From the NCBI RefSeq assembly GCF_031769215.1, contig NW_026781982.1, positions 1,054,001 through 1,118,000 of the forward strand: a stretch of 64,000 nucleotides of DNA. Direction: 5' to 3'. Position 1 is the stretch's first letter. Every line of letters starts with the position of its first letter. Position numbers and translations under genes: made by a program. Origin of the DNA: Ylistrum balloti. Its lineage: Eukaryota. Under the pieces are notes generated by a model, which was not told the origin of the DNA, ran no database searches, and worked only from the letters and a program-made list of their open reading frames with translations. Below, one piece after another: positions 14,751 through 28,300 of this stretch.

Positions 14751-15489
14751 AATATGAATTCAATCTTGATGACAAATAAATAGAATAACGTCAAATTGGC
14801 AAGTGATTTACAGTATTGTGCAGTTTAGCCTGAAATGTGCTTAGTAATGATTTCCTATGTTGTGAGATATTTATAAAGGTAATTACATGTTTCTGTTTTC
14901 TTATTCGGTCTAGATTAGGAAGCTGAAATGTCTTAATTGGAAGTGTAAGCATGAGCTTCTGATCGAGGATTTTCGGCACTCAGAATTTGAAATTCAACAT
15001 TTTAATTATTGATAAGATCCATACACGATTTATTTGCCAACCTGAAATTTAGCAATATTTTGAGGCGAAACATATTCTGCAGAAAGAATCGATCTCTCAT
15101 AGTTCTCGATCGTGAATAGAATCATCTTGGAGTAATAAAATTTCAATGTCATGTTGGAAATAAGGTATTTCAATTTGTTTTTTCAATCGCAAAATTAAAA
15201 AAAAAACTGTTGTGTTAGTAAAAATTTGACACCCTTAAATTTTCTCTTTAATATTTATACAAGTGTATATATAAATTAAATAGATAGTGAATAATTATTG
15301 ATAAGGTACGTACATCTTGTAATCTAAACTAATTTTCATTTTTACAAAGCGCACAGAAACTTGAAAAAAATCATGAATCATGATCAAAGTTTATGAAGCT
15401 TGTTGTCATATTGTATCGCCGTGCATACATATAGTTAACATTTTAGAAACAACATACAGAATATCCGTTGCAATAGCAAATAATATAAT

Positions 15490-16354
15490 CTTTTATTACA
15501 TACATCAAACTAAGTTTCTCGAGTTCATCGAGTTCTGTTTTACTTAATGTCATTTGAATCGCTACTTACCTTTTCACTCCTTTCAACATATCCGGAAAAG
15601 CGATTCGCAACTGCCTTATTTTTGTCCATCCAGAATCATTGACGTATTTTGGATTCCTTTTTACGGAAGAGTAAACGATGAATACTACAGCTGTTTTGTC
15701 TGGCTGTGCAGGATGACACGTCTTAAGCACTTCCAGTTGCCAGATATCAACATTGTCCATTCATACGTAGATTTCGAAAATGTCATTGCATCTAACTCTT
15801 CTATTTGATCTTACGATACATCATGAGTCTCTATGTCGAATTCAAATGATGAAACTACGCCATACCCTTGACATTGCAGCCCTCTGACATCTCGCTCTAT
15901 CATCAACTTTTTAAAATGGGTTACGATTTGTTTTACAGGGTATTTAAACAGTTCTTTTGTTCGTTCTTTGTTGACTCGTAGCTTATCACCAACGATAGTC
16001 GAATTTCCGTTGAAGTGCATTTTGACGTCATTATCATTGCCATATCCTCATAATTCTTCTCTTTGCATGCCTCATTCATCGTAGATTGAACTTTAAATGT
16101 GATTTGGTCGTCGGGCGGAACATTTGGTTTAACAATGCGTTTCTTTATTTTAAAGTAACTAGAACGCTCGACCATGCCAGCCTTGTTGTTTTCAAGAAAC
16201 GAATGACACGCTCCTTTACCTATTATTCCTGATAAAATAACCTGGATGGCGTGATTTTACCTTCTTGCCTCCCAGTTTCCACCATTAGCCTTGTGGATTG
16301 CCTCCAGTTTTCCACCTCTTTGAACCCATTGTACAGTGATATCTACGGTACCAC
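15490..16354 (-). pseudogene. HSPA12-like pseudogene, copy C (last exon only)
   Basis: GTVDITVQWVQRGGKLEAIHKANGGNW (frameshift)...KKRIVKP...DKLRVNKERTKELFK...KRNPKYVNDSGWTKI...KGVKR*VAIQMTLSKTEL. The acceptor reads ...ttgat|gt instead of ag|gt. It has frameshifts and stops, and the ILMVGG...LKGAV segment is deleted. No upstream exons were recognised. Confidence 0.88.
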
Positions 16355-17881
16355 ATCAAATAAACACAATTGATTCAAAAAATAAATGTGAGAACGTTAT
16401 CTTTATTAGAATTGGTAACATTCTTGAGCATTTTGTATCCCAGGTATGAGGAATACCATGTAAAAATCAGCTATTGTAAAATAACGAAATCAAAAGTATA
16501 ACAAAGATGTCATAAATGACTTACATTTGGAAAATTTAAACAATGACCATAACTATTGAACTGAAACTGTCTTGTCAAATCATTACCACAATGAAGATAT
16601 GTTTTTCACTAAGTGTGCATGCAATTAGCACATGCCTTACGCAATACAATTTCTATTGCTCCTCTTCAGATATTGTTGCAACAGGAGGCAGAGTGTTTCT
16701 GAAACACACCTTGATTGCATTATCAACCTACTTTTTATAATATGTCGATGCCAGATTTATTTACTCTATACAAAAGATAGATTGCAGTCAATTGATTTAC
16801 AATTGTTGTGAAAATGTCCATACAACAAATTTAAAACAATTAAAAATAAAGTTAAGAAAACGAAAATATCTGTAACTTCCTTTATTAGTCTGAAATACAG
16901 AGAAAACAACCCACCATCATGTATTCCAACGTACTAAATACAAATGCAGGTAACGCTTTAGTGGGCACTAATCATCTTTTACAGTGCATGATCCATGTAT
17001 ACAAGAAAGACTTTTATCCAAACCAATAATACATATTGATACTAATATGGTGTATCTAACATTTTCACAACCATAATAAAAACGATGTATGCACAATGAA
17101 ATATTGTTTCGGTAATAACATATAGTCATGATTAACACAGCTACGTATTGGTTTGAAAATACCAGCACTGTCTATGTTAGTTCAGGAAGATGTCGTGATA
17201 TATGTAATTTCATATGATAGTTTCTCTTCAGTGAACACACCATTACCTGAAACTCTTTTCGGGTAAGAAAGTTTAATCAATTATTTATTATCTAAAAGAA
17301 GATACTTCATTATTTACTTTGCTTCCTTCACGTAGTGTATTATAATACAGTATGTGAAGCGTAACCAAAGAAAGTTGCATATACAGCTTAGTTTTCTAAT
17401 AAGTCAATAGAGTTCTTAGAAACATAATACTTTTAGATATATGCAAACACAATAAGCTTTCGGTCACCTATAGACACATAATTTGTTATTTAAAAGTAGA
17501 TGATAAAATGATGCTAGCACAGCACAATAAAAATAATGATAAATTCAGAATTCCGCTATATCGAAAATTTTATGACAATTACTTCTCCCAGGTTAAATAT
17601 GCATATATACAGACCTGCAAACCAATGCAAAACATGAAAGAGATCTTACCAATACATCAGGGACACACAAACAATGACTAGATACGCATATACATGTAAA
17701 CAAGACGCCTGAGTTATCCTATGTGCATTAGATCATTGTGTAACAGCTTGTAACACATTCAATGTATTTCTTTCTTTCTGACAATCTTTCACTCAGATTT
17801 CTTCATTGTGTGTAGTGTATGTGCAGATCTGTTTATATGATTAGTCATGCTAGATGAAGGCAATCATGCATGAAAACATTA

Positions 17882-19385
17882 CTCCAGGGAAACACATAAA
17901 CATTACATCAGGGACACACATAAACAATACACCAGGGGCACACTAATAAACAATACAAGTGGGACACACATAAACAATACACGAGGGACCTACATAAATA
18001 TTACACCAGTGACACAAATTAACATTACACCAGGGACACACATACACAATATAACATGGACACACAAACAATACACAAGGGACACACACAAACAATACAC
18101 CAGGGATACACATAAAAAATACAGAATGGACACAGAAAAACAATAAACCAGGGACACACATATACATTACACCAGGGACACACATAAATATTTAAATCAG
18201 GGACACACATCAATTTTACACCAAGGACACACATAACATTACACCAAGGACACACTTAACTAACATTACACCAAGGACACACATAACATTACACCAAGGA
18301 CTCACATCAAACGTCACACCAGGGACACGCATAAAAATTCCACCAGGGACACACATAAACAATACACCACGGACACACATAAATATTACGCCAGTGACAC
18401 ACATAAAAAATTACACCAGGGACACACATATACATTACATCAGGGACACATGTACAATACACCAGGGACACGAATATACATTACATCAGGGACACACATA
18501 AATAATACACCAATATCGCATATAAACAATACATTAGGGACACACATATACAATACATCAGGGACACACATATACAATACATCAGGGACACACATATACA
18601 ATACATCAGGGACACATGAACGATACACAAAGGACACACATAAACATTACACCAGGAACACACTTAAACATTACATGAAGGACACACTTAAACATTACAC
18701 CAAGGACACACATAACATTCCACCAGGGACACACATAAACAATACACCAAGGACACACTTAAACGTTACACCAAGGACACACATAAACAATACACCAGGG
18801 ACACACATAAACAATACACCAGGGACACGCATAAACATTACACCAGGGACACACATAAGCATTACACCAGGGACACACATTAACTTTACACCAGGGACAC
18901 ACATCAACATTACACCAAGGACACACATAACATTACACCAGGGACACACATCAACTTTACACCAGGAACACACATCAACTTTACACCAAGGACACACATA
19001 ACATTACATCAAGGACACACATAACATTACACCAGGGACACACATCAACTTTACACCAGGGACACACATCAACATTACACCAGGGACACGCATAAACATT
19101 ACACCAGGGACACACATCAGCTTTACACCAGGGACACATTGGGACACACATAAACATACACCAGAGACACAGCTAAATATTTCACCAAGGACGTATATTA
19201 ACATTACACAAGAAACACACATACGCAAAATACTAGAGACACACATTAACAATACAACAGGGACACAAAAACAATACACCAGGGACACACATCAACTTTA
19301 CACCAGAAACACACATAAACATTGCATCAAGGACACATATAAATATTTAAATCAGGGAGACATAAACAATACACCAGGGGCACAC
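17882..19385 (-). repeat. ~24-bp minisatellite (acaccagggacacacataaacaat on +), ~60 copies; same family as 5043-5545 in opposite orientation
   Basis: The unit is the reverse complement of the 5.0-5.5 kb array. The TPGTHINN and MCVPGV ORFs are repeat artefacts. Confidence 0.95.
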
Positions 19386-19409
19386 ACCTGCATTCTCTTT
19401 ACGTGGCCA

Positions 19410-19966
19410 TACCTCGACCCCTCTCATTCATTGCTTGTAGGGAGCTCTACCAGGCCCTGCAACTATTACTTTAAGATGGCTCTATTATCACCCCTCAGTC
19501 ATTGCTATTAGGGAGCTCTACCACGCCCTCTGAACTTTTATTTCCATGTGGTCCTACGACGTTCTTTCAGTCATTGCGTCTAGGAGTCATACCACGCATC
19601 CTATGTCATTGCTTTGGGGAGCTCTTCCACGCCCCTCAACCATTACTTTTAGGTGACCTTACTATTACCCTCAGTCATTGCTTTTAGGGAGCTCTACCAC
19701 GCTTCTCAACCATTATTTTTAGGTTGCCATACCACGTCCCTCAGTCATTGATTTAGGGAGCTCTACCACGCCCCTCAACCATTATTCTTAGGTTGCCATA
19801 ACACGCCCCTTCAGTCATTGATTAAGGGAGCTCTACCACGCCCCTCACCATTACTTTAAGGTGGTCATGCAACGACCCCTCAGTCATTGCTTTAGGGAGC
19901 TCTACCACACCTCTCAACCATTACTTTTAGGTGGTCTTACCACACCCCCTCAGTCATTGCTTTTAG
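19410..19966 (+). repeat. Minisatellite with ~34+35-bp dimeric unit (cccctcagtcattgctttagggagctctaccacg / cccctcaaccattacttttaggtggccataccacg)
   Basis: About 8 dimers with alternating related subunits, starting just after the 24-bp array. Confidence 0.88.
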
Positions 19967-21231
19967 GTGTGTGTTATTTATTTGTATCAATGAGTGAACA
20001 AACGTTTTTGGATATATTTTTATTTTAATAGGAAAACTTCTAAATATCTTATGTAACGAGATGAAACAACAATGTTCCACAAAACCCACAAACAAATTAA
20101 AAAGGATTACAATGTCAAGCTTATCCCTTGCATGGTTTATTATGATGTCTAAGCCTATTTCTCTGATATTTTCAACATAACTAGTAAATGAGAAACGTGT
20201 GTGAATCATCACACCAGTAAATCGGTGAGATAAAGCCCCAGCCCATGGTGGCACAACAGAACTATTAAAAGTTAATACGTAAGATCAAATTATTCAAAAT
20301 TGTGCTAGACATAAGTCAGATATTTCATCATATTGTATTTACCTTTGTTAATTTATTACTGACCAGAGGTATTCTGTCGTTACTGATCTACTACACATGT
20401 TCATGTATAAGTTCGTTCCCTGATTATATATAAGTCATTACCTGAAACCTATCTAATCAGTTTGTATGAAGGTCAGTGTAACCTTACCTTGCTGTAAACA
20501 GCCGAATCTACTGCCATTTATGTGTGTAAAACCATGTTCATAACGCAAATATTACTTAATCAGTTACCTGTTAGCTAATGTGTAATAGTACTTAATCAGT
20601 TTACTAACATAAATAGTATAAATACGACCTCCTTTCTAGCCAGTTTGTTTCGGTTCCTGAAGTGTTCAATGTCTCCCTAACCTACATCTCATTAAACCAT
20701 CAACACCCGAACAGAGTTTGGACTTCTCCACTCATCACCACAAAAGAACAAAGCACCATTTAAACTTTTTTTTTCACAACATTGTTTATTGCTAAAACAT
20801 CTAGCTAAACCTTAATGCCCCTATATTACACACAGGAAGTCTGGCTGTAAAATCATAGAAAATTAGAGGATCGGAGGGCCCTACAGGTGCCTGAACACGT
20901 GACAGTCTTACATTTTTCAGACACTAGCTGTCTGGACACGCTATACAAACTGAATTTCGTCGGTTTTTTATTTATTTATTTATTTATTAGAAAAAAAAAG
21001 GTTTTACATGTTTTTTGGTTTTTTTAACTTTTGGCGATAGTTTCACTCTCATCATATTGCATTCGTCTTAAAAGTAGTCAACCAAACGTCCCCTAGCATT
21101 CGCATATGCTCTCGAAAAAGAGTTTTAAAGATTGAGAAATTTATAATGTTACTATAAACGTTTAAAGAATATCTCTCAATCGTTGTATGTTTTCTCTCAA
21201 TGTAAATAAGAGTGTTTGTGACCCTGATCTT

Positions 21232-21543
21232 GACAGAGGCAAGCTGATAAGGTTTGCTGTGACCTTGATCTTAACTTGACAGAGGCAAGCTGATAAGGTT
21301 TGCTGTGACCTTGATTTTAACTTGACAGAGGCAAGCTGATAAGGTTTGCTGTGACCTTGATCTTAACTTGACAGAGGCAAGCTGATAAGGTTTGATGTGA
21401 CCTTGATCTTAACTTGACAAAGACAAGCTGATAAGGTTTGCTGTGACCTTGATCTTAACTTGACAGAGGCAAGCTGATAAGGTTTGCTGTGACCTTGATC
21501 TTAACTTGACAGAGGCAAGCTGGTAAGGTTTGCTGTGACCTTG
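21232..21543 (+). repeat. 46-bp tandem repeat, ~7 near-identical copies
   Basis: Unit gacagaggcaagctgataaggtttgctgtgaccttgatcttaactt starts at 21232, 21278, 21324, 21370, 21416, 21462 and 21508. Confidence 0.97.
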
Positions 21544-21621
21544 CAATAACTATTTTGTCTTTTATTATGAAAGAGGCACAGCATTTAGGCATAATATGAA
21601 CTAACATTAGGCGAAAAAAAA

Positions 21622-21699
21622 TAGTTGCTTATTATGTTTTTTCTCAAACTAGATGATAATTAGTTGCTTATTATGTTTTTTCTCAAACTAGATGATAAT
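21622..21699 (+). repeat. Perfect 39-bp tandem duplication
   Basis: tagttgcttattatgttttttctcaaactagatgataat occurs twice in tandem. Confidence 0.95.
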
Positions 21700-22309
21700 T
21701 TTAAAAAAACATAGATGCGACGATATGTCAACATTTGTCAATTTGACGCCACATTTCAGGGGCTCCAGATGTTAGCTTTGTACAAGAACTGAATAACCTG
21801 TCTTAGGACTTTCTCCGTTCCTTATTTTAGAGTTATTTCGTTCCGTTTACAATAACCTTCCATATAGTTTAAAATCAACGAACAAGTTTTCGGCATCATG
21901 GGTTTCACATTTTGATATAAATGAACATGTTTGAATCTATTGGCCTGTTTTACTTTTAACATTCCACTTGAGTTATCTTTCCTCGGCTTAACAAATATAT
22001 TTCCCTTTTGTCTAATTGTATTATCAATCATCTTGAATTTCCACTTACAAAACCATAACTTTGTATCATTTTAATCGTGAAATGATAATACACACAAAAA
22101 TACACTTATATATGTTTTTTCTACATATTGGTCAGCAATACGTCATTTTAATAGTAATCCCATTTAGTGTTAATACGATTAATTATCCGATCTGTTTTTT
22201 TTTAATTTCACATACTGAGATGAAAATTTAGATCACATTAGCATCAAAAAACCATGTAAGAACGCCTCTCATAAATAACAACGTATATATTTACATATCT
22301 GAAAGAACG

Positions 22310-25300
22310 CTACGCCACCGGGTCATGAAACTGGATATTACCATCTTCGTAGTAATTATCTATGCAATCATGATTGTCTTTCATCGGACACTTTGAAAAT
22401 TTATGAACTTTTTTAATCCCTCCTTCCTTTACGTGCTGTTGATGAAAGAAAATTTCCGGATACATATTACGTGCAAATAGACCAGGATTTCTCATCCCAT
22501 TCAGAAGACGTCCATTGAAGGGAATCTTGGTCAAATTGCGATGTTCCGCTCTTACTTCATAAGGTTCGATCCAGTCACGTGACCAGATGTCTGCGTGCCA
22601 GTGTTTACTCCTTGCGCCTAGTTGTGCTGGATGTGCAGATGGCGAACAAACACTTCTCCTTTCTACTCTAACTGTTATACCTTTAGACATGAGTTTTAAT
22701 CCACCATTTTGTAATTTATTGAAATCTTGACAACGGAAGTTGAGATCCGCGTCAATCTCCCAAGGGATTACATCATACATTTTCACTGCTCCTAATATTG
22801 TTCCCGCGTTCAATTGACACGATCCTCCTTCTTTTTCACACATATCCATAAAACCATAACTTAAATCAGCAAGCTCTTGTATACAGCATGGTGATCTAAC
22901 AAATCCTTTCTTTCTCTGACAAGGATACTCGTAGTCACATCCAAAGTTTAAAGTCAGTCCAAAAGAAAACTTCAATCTATACAGATTTCTCTTTCTTCCA
23001 AAACTTTCCCATTCTTTTGTTACTTTACTTCGGCGCGGAAAATCCATATCAAATAACGAATCGGCACAAACAGCTGACTCAGTATTGAGTCTCATGAAAA
23101 AGTCTTCGTATAATCCCATAGGAGATAATTTACTATCGAATTTTATCTCGTTTAGTGTTTTTGTTTTGATGAGGAACGGTCCGTCCATGTGATCACAAAA
23201 TGCACAGTCATGCAAGGATTCATCATATCCTTCCTCGTACACAACAGTGTAGTTTCGGTACACCCTCTGATGGCATCCTAAACTCCAAATATTATCCGAG
23301 TTTCTAATAGATCCGCCTACTGCATTAACATTCAATATCTCAATTTCTCGCACAAGTCGCTCAATTCTTGCATTCCAATCCAGTTCCGTTACGTTTCTTA
23401 AAACTAAAGTGTATGTCGTTTTCACGTTTTCCATCAACATGTTTAATGCCTCACCCTCTGTAATAGTAGATGTCATTTTCTTTACCACAATATTACTTTT
23501 CTCTTTTATATTTCCACTATAGTCACCAATTATGACCGGAATTTTTGATCCATACCCATCCCTGGTGAACTCCTTATCTGCAGGCAAATCATAGTTTAGA
23601 CGAATGATCGTGACAATCTCCTCCAAACGTTTAGAGTAGGAACAATTTTTGATCAGATGACCATATACTTTATCAACATAATACTCCGGACACATGCTGC
23701 TTGATTTGTATAGTTTTCGTCGTGTGACAGCTTCGAACGAAGTACCGAATCCTCTCAGTATTGCATCCATATTTTCACTTGCATACTTCAGTGCTCGTTG
23801 TGTTTTGGAACCCCTCGCGTGTAACCTTGCCTTTTTTAAATAAATAGCCAAGTCAAATATTTGCCGTCGAATATTTGTAACATTTGCGACATTCGCTTTA
23901 ATTGACGAAATATCGATTGTCTCCTGCTTTTCCAAGCTTTTAGCGAGCTGCTGAGTCAGAGTTAAGTTTAGCTCGTAGGGGTTTCGGTATTGAAAGAAGA
24001 AAGGAAGCGCAATCATACCCCCAATGCCGAAACATATTAGGATGTAAAGGCTTTTCTGCAAAAATATAATAAAACAGGACAATCAGTCGTAATAATGAAA
24101 AGGCGTTTTTGTTTACAAATTATATAAGTTTCTGATTTTTTATCAAACAACAGTACGGTAGGATCTGTGATAGTATTTACTATAACTGGTCCGTTTCTCA
24201 GTTTCCTAAGCAACATAACCATGACAGTACAGCCTGGTTTGTGCTCGGCGTCCCGAGAAACACAATCGCGACAACATAGACTGGTTTGTGCTCGGCGTCC
24301 CGAGAAACACAATCACGACAACATAGACTGGTTTGTGCTCGGCGTCCCGAGAAACACAATCACCACATCACAGAATGGTACATCTTTCAGCTTCCTGAGC
24401 AAAACAACCACGGAAACACAGATGGGTCCGTTTCTCAGCTTCCTGAGAAACCCCATCACGGCAGCACATACTTGTTCATCTCAAAGCTTCCTTAGCAACA
24501 CAACCACAAAAACACAGACTGGTCCATCTTACATCTTCATGACAAACACAACCACGACAACACAGACTGGTCCAACCAAGATCTTCTTGACAAACACAAC
24601 AACGACAACACAGACTGGTGCATCTCACAGCTTCTTTAGTAACACAACCACGACAACATAGACTAGTCGATCCCACCGTTTCTTGAGAAACATACCCACG
24701 ACAGCACAGACTGGTCTAACCAAGATCTTCTTGACAAACATAACAACGACAACACAGACTGGTGCATCTCACAGCTTCTTTAGTAACACAATCACGACAA
24801 CATAGACTAGTCGATCCCACAGTTTCTTGAGAAACATAACCATGACAACACAGACTGGTCCATCCTACAGCTTCTTGATCAACACAACAACGACAACATA
24901 GACTGGACTCTATCACAGCTACTTGTGCAGCACAACCACGACAACACAGACTGGTCCAACCTAGAGCTTCTTGAGCAACATCACCAATACAACATAGACT
25001 GGTCCCTATCACAGCTACTTGTGCAACACAATCACGACAACACAGACTGATCCAACCAAGAGCTTCTTGATAAACATAACCACGACAACATAGACTAGTC
25101 AATCCCATAGTTTCTTGAGAAACATAACCACGACAACACTGACTGGTTCATTTCTCAACTTCGACTTCGATGACACTCAAATAGCTACAATTAAAATATG
25201 ATAATGTATATTTCGGCAAGTGCACATTATACAATGCCCGTGTGGTCAGATCATCTAATTCAGACACGATATATTGAGATCAACTGTTGTATATACGCTA

Positions 25301-28300
25301 TGATCATTAACATAAAACATAAATCAGGTTATTATCAGTTATTATCAGGATTATTCATAATTTGGTATTAAAGTTTAGATTAATTATCACATGATATATT
25401 TTCCTAGAAATGCAATTTTTAGCAACATTTTTTATAAAGTAACCTTCCAAAAAGTATCGAATGTTTTTCTGAAGTCAATAAATGAACGAAATACCTGTTC
25501 ATTTTATAATACAATAGAAAGCTGTTTTCTGTTTGTAGAATATCCTTTTCTGAAGTCAGCTAGAACAATAGAAATTAAGTCAACTTCTGAGAATTTGTTA
25601 AATCTAGAGTCGTAAGTACAAGACAAGAGACTAGGGTTATAGCTCGATAATTATCAGGACTTTTAGGGTCACCTTTCTTTTTTATATATGGGTTTTTCTA
25701 TTCCAGTTGTCCATGCTTCTGGGACACAACCAGACTTCAATATAACATAGAAAAGTTTTACATATGTAGGTAGTAGCACAGAATGTGTACTTTTTATATA
25801 TTCGTTTAAATTCCGAAGATTAGCACCAGCTTGTCTAACTTCATCTTCAGTTACTTCACCATTAAGAATAAAAGCAAATATATTTTCATTCATATCAGGA
25901 ATATTAAATTCATCGTTTTCATCATCGGAAGTTTTACATTAAATATTTATATAATTAATTCAAAGGAATATTGACATTACAATTATTGTTTGTCGATTTA
26001 TCTAACTTATTTAAAATATCCCACAATTGTTTAGGATTAGATTCCGACGTGTTTCTTATTTGGTTTTCAATATTAACCCTGTAGGTATTATAACTCTTTC
26101 GTAAGATTTATTTTAGTCTCTAGAACTTTTATTCATAAGCTCTCGGTTATTTTCCGATTAATGATTTTTATATATTTGTTTTCCTTCGTAGAATCTTTTT
26201 CTACATCATTCAGCAGTAAACCATGCCTTATCATTAAACGCTTTAGGCGGCATGTGTCTTGACCTTGATCTTGACCTCGATTAATATTCACGTGCTCAGG
26301 ATCGATCGAACCCTCTACTAGACATCGAAGAGTGAAAACTAACCTACAATGGACGTCGGATAGCGTTGGATCAAATTCAAGCACCTCAAAATCATTTACA
26401 GATGTAAACATCCCTGATGATATAATAAGATATCCAACTGTTAGATACTTTCCTAAAATAACGAAGTTGTTTTAGATTTTCGACTTCGAGTAACTGAATG
26501 AATTTAAACATCTTATGCTTATGAAATAATATGGCTTAATACATTTGTTGTGCATATCAGCATAATATCTACATTTAATGAAAAAATGATATTCGTCTTC
26601 AAATTGTTCAATTGCTAAATCTTGTACAAATAAACGGATCTTAGAATTAAGTCTTTGAAAATTCAAATTTACTGATTTATGGAGGTATGACTGGAGTTTA
26701 ATACTTTCAACCAGATGTTGGTATACAAATCCTTTAGATGAAGAATTAACTTCCATAAGCCACTGATGAAAATGGTCAAATAACGTTATTTTAAAAACAA
26801 TACCATCAATTTAACAGAATTTTTATTGGTATCTTCAAACATGTACCGAATGCTGGCATTTGAAAGGTCTCGTTTCAATTAAGGATCCAAGGGTCATTGT
26901 TTTCTACCATATAATCATAACTCGATTTGAGTGCACATTTATTAGAAAATTTTAGCTTTAGCCAATATTTGAAGAATTTGAAGGGAGAATCTTTCTAACT
27001 CAATGTATAAAAATGCAGTATTTGTTGATTTTCCTAGTCCTATTGATGACTTAAGAAATGCGATATGCAGTTTTTATCCATTTCTGGAGAATGTGATAAC
27101 CCCAGATTTCAGAACCATACATTGAATACCATTTACATAAGTGCCAAACACAGCAAGACGAGATTCAACATTAAACACATTCTTTCTACAAATATTATTC
27201 ACCGCGTATAATGCTTTTGGTCCTTGCAAATCCTACCTTCTCGCGGAATTCCTGTCCACTGATCTACCTCTTTCTACTGGTAAATGAAGATTGAATGAGA
27301 GAAATTTACATATGATATTTCTGTTTTTATGATGAAGTTACAAAAGATACTTTTTAATTCCAAACTTTGAAAATAGAGTACACATGACCAAAGCTACTAT
27401 TTTCAATATCATCATACTATTTTTGTAAAAAAAAATGGTCTTGAAGTCACTGTTGTACTAAATGTTTTAAACAGATTTTATTCATCGCTGTAACATTCTG
27501 ATCAAATATAATAATTGAAACCAGTATCACTTCGGGGAGTCAATGTTGAAGTGACAGGTTGCAAACCTATTAAACCATGGGATGCTCGAACTCGTTTCCA
27601 AGCAAGATTTTGTTATCATAGGGGCATCTCTGAAGCATTTGGGAAACAGAAAATTTTCTAAACTTTAAGATTTTAACTTGCATTATTAGCTTATTTAACC
27701 CCGTAACACAGAGCTAATGATAGCGTGCTTTCATAATACCATTGTCAATTAGCATCCTTTGTTGTAATATATGGAATTTTACCGCAGGGCGAAAATACTG
27801 TACAGTACAGGTTTGTTTCTGGAGCTTACTTGTGAATTTCTCTTGATAATGACAAGTCCATAGGCGTATAAGTCTTAACTTCACATAAACTTTAGCATGT
27901 ACATCGCTGAATTTTTAATATGTAACACAAGCAATAATTATTTTTAATTTGTTTATAAATTTTGATAAATTTTACATATAATTTTACAATCCTGTTGTGT
28001 CTCATAAGCAAATTTTGGCTAGATATCGGTATCTGTGAATCTTTAACTTAGGATGGTTTTTTTTTTAAAGAAATGTAATATCGATATGTGACACGTTAGT
28101 AGAATAAATACTTTTGTATTGTATAGTGTTGTATTGTAAGGTTTTGTTCGAATCATGAGGTGTCAATGGCTGTATTGTCATATAGCTTTCGGTCCGTGAA
28201 AAAAACCTTCGATACATCAAAACGTTCGATTTATAAAACTTTTATTCATCAGGGGGTAAGTTAGTAGTAATACATAGGAATGCAATTCGGCACTAGAAAA

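Noticed and set aside
17943-19288. Many overlapping ORFs (MCVPGV..., TPGTHIN...) here and at 5222-5651
   Set aside because: They are artefacts of a 24-bp repeat that lacks stops in several frames; there is no splice or start context.
22310-24082. Bacterial contamination or recent horizontal transfer suggested by long intronless GT ORFs (also 60165-62327)
   Set aside because: Both have spliceosomal acceptors at their 5' ends, type II Golgi topology and host-like AT content, and they are embedded among animal TEs.
24180-25150. CRISPR-like look (conserved ~30 bp plus variable ~16 bp)
   Set aside because: The variable parts are clearly related to each other and too short for spacers, there are no cas genes, and the context is eukaryotic. 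It is a minisatellite.
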